DNA of 64,000 nucleotides from Candidatus Eiseniibacteriota bacterium. Lineage in GTDB: Bacteria; Eisenbacteria; RBG-16-71-46; SZUA-252. The stretch is from positions 11,162 through 75,161 of the forward strand of contig DASTKC010000169.1 of NCBI GenBank assembly GCA_035716085.1, written 5' to 3'. Of this stretch, positions 58,812 through 64,000 are shown piece by piece. The position numbers were made by a program, and so were the translations under genes. The stretch's first letter is position 1, and each line of letters starts with the position of its first letter. The notes below the pieces were generated by a model, which worked only from the letters and a program-made list of their open reading frames with translations, made no database searches and was not told where the DNA came from.

Positions 58812-59807
58812 ATGAGCCCCGAGCCGAACGACATCCGGATGGACGACCTCCGTCCCTGGCGCCCGCCCGCCCGCGGGGAGGCGCTCGCGCATTACCCGGC
58901 CACGGACAAGGTCCTGCCGCTCGGGGAAGCGCTCGCTCGGTTCGTCCCTGACGGCTCGACCGTCGCCCTCGGCACGTGCCTCGAGCAAATGATCCCCTTC
59001 GCCGCCGCGCACGAGCTGATCCGTCGCGGCGCCCGCGACCTCACGCTCGTCGGCCCCGTCTCCGACATCGCCTTCGACCAGCTCATCGGCGCCGGGTGCG
59101 CGCGCCGCGTGGCGGCCGCGTGGGTCGGGAACGTGATGATGGGGATCGCCTACTCGTTCCGGCGCGCTGTGGAACGGGGAGCGCTCGAGGTGGTCGAGTT
59201 CTCCAACTTCACGCTGGCGCAGGCGCTCCACGCGGCCGCGATCGGCGCTCCGTTCATCCCTACCCGCTCGACGCTGGGCACCGATCTCATCGCGCGGAAT
59301 CCCTGGCTCCAACCGATCGAGGATCCGCTCGGCGGCGGGCCATTGCTCGCCGTGAAGCCGCTCCATCCGGACGTGACGATCGTCCATGTGCAGCGCTCCG
59401 ATCCGCACGGGAACGCGCAGATGTGGGGAAGCCTGGGTATCACGCTGGACGCGGCCCGCGCCGCGCGCGCGGTGATCGTGACGGCGGAGGAGATCGTCGC
59501 GCCCGAGCAGATCCGCCGCGATCCCAATCGCGTGGTGATTCCCGGGCTCGTCGTCGCGGCCGTGTGCGAGTCGCGGTGGGGCGCGCATCCGTCGCCGGTG
59601 CAGGGCTACTACCGGCGCGATCACGAGGCCTACTCCGACTACCACGCCCGCACGAAGACCGAGGAAGGCTACGCCGCGTGGCGAGGGGAGTGGGTGGACG
59701 CCGTGCGCGATCTCGCCGGCTACCTCGCGCGGCTCGGAAACGAGCGCGTGGCCTCGCTGATTCCGCTGGAGCACCACTACGCGGAGCCCGTCGACTATGG
59801 GTACTGA
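58812..59807 (+). CDS. CoA-transferase family protein (glutaconate/3-oxoacid CoA-transferase subunit A-like)
   Basis: …GSTVALGTCLEQMIP…LTLVGPVSD… resembles CoA_trans A subunits. No B subunit adjacent. Confidence 0.65.
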   Translation: MSPEPNDIRMDDLRPWRPPARGEALAHYPATDKVLPLGEALARFVPDGSTVALGTCLEQMIPFAAAHELIRRGARDLTLVGPVSDIAFDQLIGAGCARRVAAAWVGNVMMGIAYSFRRAVERGALEVVEFSNFTLAQALHAAAIGAPFIPTRSTLGTDLIARNPWLQPIEDPLGGGPLLAVKPLHPDVTIVHVQRSDPHGNAQMWGSLGITLDAARAARAVIVTAEEIVAPEQIRRDPNRVVIPGLVVAAVCESRWGAHPSPVQGYYRRDHEAYSDYHARTKTEEGYAAWRGEWVDAVRDLAGYLARLGNERVASLIPLEHHYAEPVDYGY

Positions 59808-61290
59808 CGCGAGGTCACTTGCCCCGGGGCAAGTCGTCGAGCCCGTTGTGCGCCCGCTACCTCCCGAGTGGACACCGCTCCGGGCACTCGAGATCGTGGG
59901 CCGTGACCCCTACACGCTCTTCTTCGAGAGCGGCGGGCCAGCCGGTGAGGCGAGCGAGTGGACGATCCTCGCCTTCGATCCCCTGTACCGGCTCGTGCTG
60001 CGCGATGGACGGCTTCGACGGATGGACCCCGGCGGCTCGGATCACGAGCTCGACGGGCATCCGCTCGACGCGCTAGCGCGTGCCTGGCCGGCGCCTGTTC
60101 ACGCGGCTGAGGGCCAGGCCGCCGAGATCCCGTTCATCTCCGGCCTCGCGGGCTACCTCTCCTACGACCTCAAGGATTGGATCGAGAGATATCCATCCCA
60201 CGCGGTGCGCGATCTCGACTTCCCGGGCCTCTCGCTCCGGTTCCACGACGTGGTGTGGGCCTGGAAGCGGAGCACCGGCGAGGGTTGGGTCGTTTCGACC
60301 GGGTTGGCGGGAGACGAAGAGGGCCGGACCGCGAATCTCGCATTTCGCGCCGGCGCCCGTCTGGCCGAGCAGTGGATCTTGTTCAAAAAGGAAATGGGGC
60401 GCACACCCGAGCGGACTTCGGTTCCGACGCGGCCGACCACGGTCACGTCCACGTTCACCCGGCTCACGTACGAATCCATGGTCGCGCGAGCACTCGAGTA
60501 CATCGCGGCTGGTGACATCTACCAGGTGAACCTGGCACAGCGATTCCGCGTCGAGCCCGTGCCGCCGGCCCTGGATGTCTACCGCGCGCTGCGCACGATC
60601 GCCCCCGCGCCATTCCTGGCTTTTGCTTCGCTTCCCGACGGCGGCATTGCCAGCTCCTCACCGGAGCGCTTCTTCCGCATCAAAGGCCGCACGATCGAGA
60701 CCTGGCCGATCAAGGGCACGCGCCCACGAGGCCGGACGCCGGAGGAGGATGCACGCCTCCTGGCGGAGCTTCGCGCCAGCGCCAAAGACCACGCCGAGAA
60801 CGTGATGATCGTGGACCTGGAGCGAAACGACCTCGGCCGGGTGTGCGAGACAGGCTCGGTCCGCGTCCCGGCGCTCTGCGACGTCGTGTCGCACTCGAAC
60901 GTGCATCACCTCGAGTCTCGGGTGGAGGGCACGTTGCGTGAGGATGCTCACCCCGTGGACGTGCTGCGCGCGCTCATGCCCGGCGGCTCGATCACGGGCG
61001 CTCCCAAGATCCGCGCGGTCGAGATCATCGACGAGCTCGAGCCCGTGCGGCGAGCCGTATACACGGGAGCGATCGGATACTGGGACGTCCGCGGCGGGTG
61101 CGACTGGAACATCGCCATCCGCACCATCTCGGTCGTGGATGACGTCGCCTACTTCCACGCCGGGGGCGGCGTGGTCGCGGACTCGACCCCGGCCGGCGAA
61201 TATGAAGAGACGCTCGTCAAGGCGAGCGGCATGATGCGCGCGCTCGGCGTCGACGCGCACGCCTTGGACGAGGCGCTCGCGCGGCCGTGA
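59797..61290 (+). CDS. Chorismate-binding enzyme (aminodeoxychorismate synthase/anthranilate synthase component I)
   Basis: C-terminal chorismate-binding domain (…SSPERFFRI…GAPK…, …[17 protein letters not shown]…). Start ATG 59797 or GTG 59848. Confidence 0.8.
   Translation: MGTDARSLAPGQVVEPVVRPLPPEWTPLRALEIVGRDPYTLFFESGGPAGEASEWTILAFDPLYRLVLRDGRLRRMDPGGSDHELDGHPLDALARAWPAPVHAAEGQAAEIPFISGLAGYLSYDLKDWIERYPSHAVRDLDFPGLSLRFHDVVWAWKRSTGEGWVVSTGLAGDEEGRTANLAFRAGARLAEQWILFKKEMGRTPERTSVPTRPTTVTSTFTRLTYESMVARALEYIAAGDIYQVNLAQRFRVEPVPPALDVYRALRTIAPAPFLAFASLPDGGIASSSPERFFRIKGRTIETWPIKGTRPRGRTPEEDARLLAELRASAKDHAENVMIVDLERNDLGRVCETGSVRVPALCDVVSHSNVHHLESRVEGTLREDAHPVDVLRALMPGGSITGAPKIRAVEIIDELEPVRRAVYTGAIGYWDVRGGCDWNIAIRTISVVDDVAYFHAGGGVVADSTPAGEYEETLVKASGMMRALGVDAHALDEALARP
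59817..59834. repeat. Perfect palindrome ACTTGCCCCGGGGCAAGT (copy 2)
   Basis: Identical 18-bp core to 45277..45294. Lies between CoA-transferase stop (59807) and an alternative GTG start (59848) of the chorismate-binding enzyme gene. Confidence 0.8.
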
Positions 61291-62285
61291 AAGCCGCCGT
61301 CGTCGACGCGCAAGCGCCCGTCGCGACGTCCCCGCTACACCTGCGCGACGTTCCCGATCCCGATCCCGGCCCCGGCGAGGTGCGCGTCCGCGTTCTCGCC
61401 TGCGGCGTCTGCCGCACCGATCTCCACGTGATCGAAGGCGACCTCCCGCCGCACAAGCTCCCGGTCATCCCGGGGCACCAGGTGGTCGGGACCGTGGATC
61501 GTCTCGGTCCCGGTGCCACGCGCTTCCAGGTCGGGGACCGAATCGGGATCGCGTGGCTGCGCCACACGGACGGCACGTGCCGGTATTGCCGCTCCGCGCG
61601 CGAGAATCTCTGCGAGGCACAGCGCTTCACCGGCTACGACGCGGACGGTGGCTATGCCGAGTACGCCGTGGTGCCGGAGGCCTTTGCGTACCGGATTCCC
61701 GACGGTTTCGGCGACGCCGAGGCCACGCCGCTCCTCTGTGCCGGCATCATCGGCTACCGGGCGCTGCAACGGAGTGAAACGCCGCGCGGCGGGAAGCTCG
61801 GCATCTGGGGCTTCGGCTCGAGCGCGCACATCACGATCCAGGTCGCCCTCGCTCGGGGCTGCGAGGTCTTCGTGGCCACTCGAGGCGAAAAGCATCAACA
61901 GCTCGCGCGCGAGCTGGGAGCCGCGTGGGTCGGCGGCGCCGCGGACCCGCTTCCCGTGAAGGTCGACGGCGGAATCCTCTTCGCACCCGCGGGAGAGCTG
62001 GTCCCCGTTGCGCTCCACTCGATCGAGAAGGGAGGATCGCTCGCCGTGGCCGGAATCTGGCTCAGCGACATTCCTGCGATGAATTACGAGCGGGAGCTCT
62101 TCTACGAGCGGAATCTGCGGAGCGTGACGGCGAATACGAGGAAGGATGGGGAAGCGATGCTCGCGGAGGCGGCAGCCGTGAGGCTGCGCCCCCGCGTCAC
62201 CGAATTTCCGCTCGCCGAGGCCAACCGGGTGTTGCAGCTCGCCCGGGAGGACCGCCTGAGCGGTACTGCCGTGCTGCGTCCCTAG
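61287..62285 (+). CDS. Zinc-dependent alcohol dehydrogenase family oxidoreductase
   Basis: GTG start overlapping upstream stop. GHQVVGTV zinc-ligand motif, CGVCRTDLH, GxGxxG-type IWGFGSSAH. Confidence 0.85.
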   Translation: MKAAVVDAQAPVATSPLHLRDVPDPDPGPGEVRVRVLACGVCRTDLHVIEGDLPPHKLPVIPGHQVVGTVDRLGPGATRFQVGDRIGIAWLRHTDGTCRYCRSARENLCEAQRFTGYDADGGYAEYAVVPEAFAYRIPDGFGDAEATPLLCAGIIGYRALQRSETPRGGKLGIWGFGSSAHITIQVALARGCEVFVATRGEKHQQLARELGAAWVGGAADPLPVKVDGGILFAPAGELVPVALHSIEKGGSLAVAGIWLSDIPAMNYERELFYERNLRSVTANTRKDGEAMLAEAAAVRLRPRVTEFPLAEANRVLQLAREDRLSGTAVLRP

Positions 62286-62830
62286 ATCCCCGCGTCCATG
62301 ACCAGGACGAGCGCGCCGTTCTTGACGTCGAAATCGTACGTGCCGGACGAGCCGATCGCGTAGAGCGTGAAGTTGCCATCGCCGTGCCTGGCTTCCTCGA
62401 ACAGCGCATCCTTCCCCGCCTTGGTGAAGAGGTGCGCCGACTCGTTCCAGTCGATCTGCTTCGTCTGATTCCCAGCCAGCGAGAAATTGCCCCAGATCTT
62501 CACGGCGGTCGGATCCGCCTTCATCGACGTCTCGTCCGTGTAGGGCAGGGTCGTCGGCTGGGTCATCCAGACTTCCACCGTGAAGGCGTTCGGTGTGTTG
62601 TTCGTGAACTTGCCCAGGAACGCGAGATCGGACAGGTTCTTGATGTCCTCTTTGTGATCCTGGTACTCCTTTTCATCCGAAAGATTGATCGGCATCCCCA
62701 CGAGGCCGTTGCTCGTGACCGTGCCGTCGTCCACGGCGAAGTCGAGCTGGATCTGGCCGGACGTGAGAATGCAGCCCGAGGCGAGAATTCCAATCCCCAG
62801 GCCGAGGATCAGCCAACGCAGTGATTTCAT
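62282..62830 (-). CDS. Hypothetical lipoprotein
   Basis: MKSLRWLILGLGIGILASGC lipobox. Locally lower GC, Asn/Lys/Thr-rich. Confidence 0.4.
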   Translation of the reverse strand: MKSLRWLILGLGIGILASGCILTSGQIQLDFAVDDGTVTSNGLVGMPINLSDEKEYQDHKEDIKNLSDLAFLGKFTNNTPNAFTVEVWMTQPTTLPYTDETSMKADPTAVKIWGNFSLAGNQTKQIDWNESAHLFTKAGKDALFEEARHGDGNFTLYAIGSSGTYDFDVKNGALVLVMDAGI

Positions 62831-62845
62831 GGGTCTGCCTCCTGG

Positions 62846-63424
62846 CTAGGGCTGGAAGTTGTACTGAAGGCCGGCGGTGACGTCGCCGAACTTGCGCGAC
62901 GTTTCGTCGGTGACCATGAGGTCGAGCTGGCTCCGGACGTGCACGGAGATCTTCTCGTTGACCGAGAAGCCCATCCCGAGCCCGAAGTTCCACGTGAACT
63001 TGCTCAGCTCCTCGTCCGTCCGCTCGAGCTTGGTGCTGCCGATGCCGACGTACGGGTAGAACTTGAATCCGGTCGCGAGGGTGTTCGCGAAAAGGAAATT
63101 CGCACCGATCGCCTTTCGATCCCAACCCTCGCGTGAATACGAGAGGCCGTTGAAGGTCTCAGTGCGGTCGTCGTACGACGACTGAGCGTAGTACGGCTCG
63201 ATGGTGACGACCGGGATGACTCTGACCGGAACGCGAACGCCCCATTCGCCGCCGGTTTCGCCGAGGGCGTCACCGGGGCTGAACGAGCTGGCGTCCACGT
63301 CTTGGAGGACGGGAGCGCTGAGGCCGTAGAAAGCCCCCACGCCGACGCGCAACTCCTCCGTCGCCATCGCCGAGCCCGCTCCCAGGAGAGCGACTGCCGC
63401 GGCGAGCGCGAGCCAACGCTTCAT
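62846..63424 (-). CDS. Small outer-membrane beta-barrel protein (OmpW/OmpA-barrel-like)
   Basis: Signal peptide MKRWLALAAAVALLGAGSAMA. 8-strand-like amphipathic pattern. C-terminal …GLQYNFQP. Confidence 0.5.
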   Translation of the reverse strand: MKRWLALAAAVALLGAGSAMATEELRVGVGAFYGLSAPVLQDVDASSFSPGDALGETGGEWGVRVPVRVIPVVTIEPYYAQSSYDDRTETFNGLSYSREGWDRKAIGANFLFANTLATGFKFYPYVGIGSTKLERTDEELSKFTWNFGLGMGFSVNEKISVHVRSQLDLMVTDETSRKFGDVTAGLQYNFQP

Positions 63425-63598
63425 GATTCCCCCTTATGTGCTGTGAGTGTGCCGCGGTCGCTCCGGCGGGTCTCCATCCATGCTCTCGTCTGGCCGGGGA
63501 TACGGCGGGGGGAATGTAGCATGGGAGAAGGTCCGGCACCATGACTACGGGTCCCTACGTGGACCGAAAGGCTTATCCGGCTGAGCGCCGGTGGGTTA

Positions 63599-64000
63599 TC
63601 AGACCTGCTCCGCCATGCGGTACCCGACGCCGGGTTCGGTCATCAAGATCGTCGGCTGGCTGGGGTCCGCCTCCAGCTTCTGCCGGAGCTGAGCCATGTA
63701 GACCCGCAAGTAGTGCCGCTGGTCGGTGCTGGTCGGACCCCAAACCTCGCGCAGCAGGAATTCGTGCGTGAGGACGCGCCCCGCATGCCGGGCCAGCGTG
63801 GCCAGCAGGCGATACTCGATGGGAGTGAGCTGAACGGCGGCGCCGTGGACCGAGACACGCCGCCGCGCCATGTCGATTCGAAGGCTTCCGGATTCGACGA
63901 TCTCCGCGCCCGCGTCGGGCTCCAAGCGGTGCCGTCGAGCGGCACGAACCCGCGCGAGAAGCTCCAGAACCGAGAACGGTTTGGTCACGTAATCGTCGGC
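63599..64000 (-). CDS. OmpR-family response regulator (KdpE/PhoB-like), partial - N-terminus beyond window
   Basis: Winged-helix output domain: …LTPIEYRLLATLARHAGRVLTHEFLLREVWG…RHYLRVYMAQLRQKLE…GVGYRM. ORF runs off the 3' edge. Confidence 0.75.
   Translation of the reverse strand, partial: ADDYVTKPFSVLELLARVRAARRHRLEPDAGAEIVESGSLRIDMARRRVSVHGAAVQLTPIEYRLLATLARHAGRVLTHEFLLREVWGPTSTDQRHYLRVYMAQLRQKLEADPSQPTILMTEPGVGYRMAEQV

Noticed and set aside
59797-59848. Palindrome copy 2 lying inside the 5' end of the chorismate-binding enzyme ORF as called by the track.
   Set aside because: An in-frame GTG at about 59848 gives a more typical N-terminus, which would make the palindrome intergenic. This is left ambiguous rather than called a coding-sequence repeat.

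Overview
High-GC (about 65-70% by eye) bacterial chromosomal segment, densely coding on both strands, with no rRNA, tRNA or CRISPR array found by eye. Recognisable housekeeping genes: groES-groEL, trxA, hflX, arfB, pilT, an NtrC-family sigma-54 activator, a UvrD-type helicase-nuclease, ABC and MFS transporters, and a znuAB-like metal ABC pair. Two large secreted proteins end in a FlgD-Ig/T9SS-type C-terminal sorting domain, which suggests a T9SS-bearing lineage (Gemmatimonadota/FCB-like); this is inference only. Features worth a second look: (1) a translationally coupled Topoisomerase VI B+A operon (type IIB topoisomerase, Spo11-like A subunit), unusual for a bacterium and carrying a lysine-rich N-terminal tail on the B subunit; (2) a tightly coupled 4-gene exopolysaccharide synthase/export operon (glycoside hydrolase, TPR-beta-barrel porin, HEAT-repeat membrane protein, processive GT2) that is neither canonical pga, bcs nor pel; (3) an MshEN (c-di-GMP receptor) domain fused to a catalytically degenerate GspE/PilB-type ATPase and coupled to pilT; (4) an 18-bp perfect palindrome ACTTGCCCCGGGGCAAGT present twice at gene 5' ends; (5) a ~550-bp ORF-free region ending in a strong intrinsic terminator and carrying two further palindromes (possible ncRNA or regulatory hub); (6) an HflX-ArfB ribosome-rescue cluster interleaved with two M24 peptidases. 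Gene starts were trimmed from the ORF track using RBS, signal-peptide and domain-boundary logic. The track labels GTG/TTG starts as M. Start coordinates may be off by a few codons.
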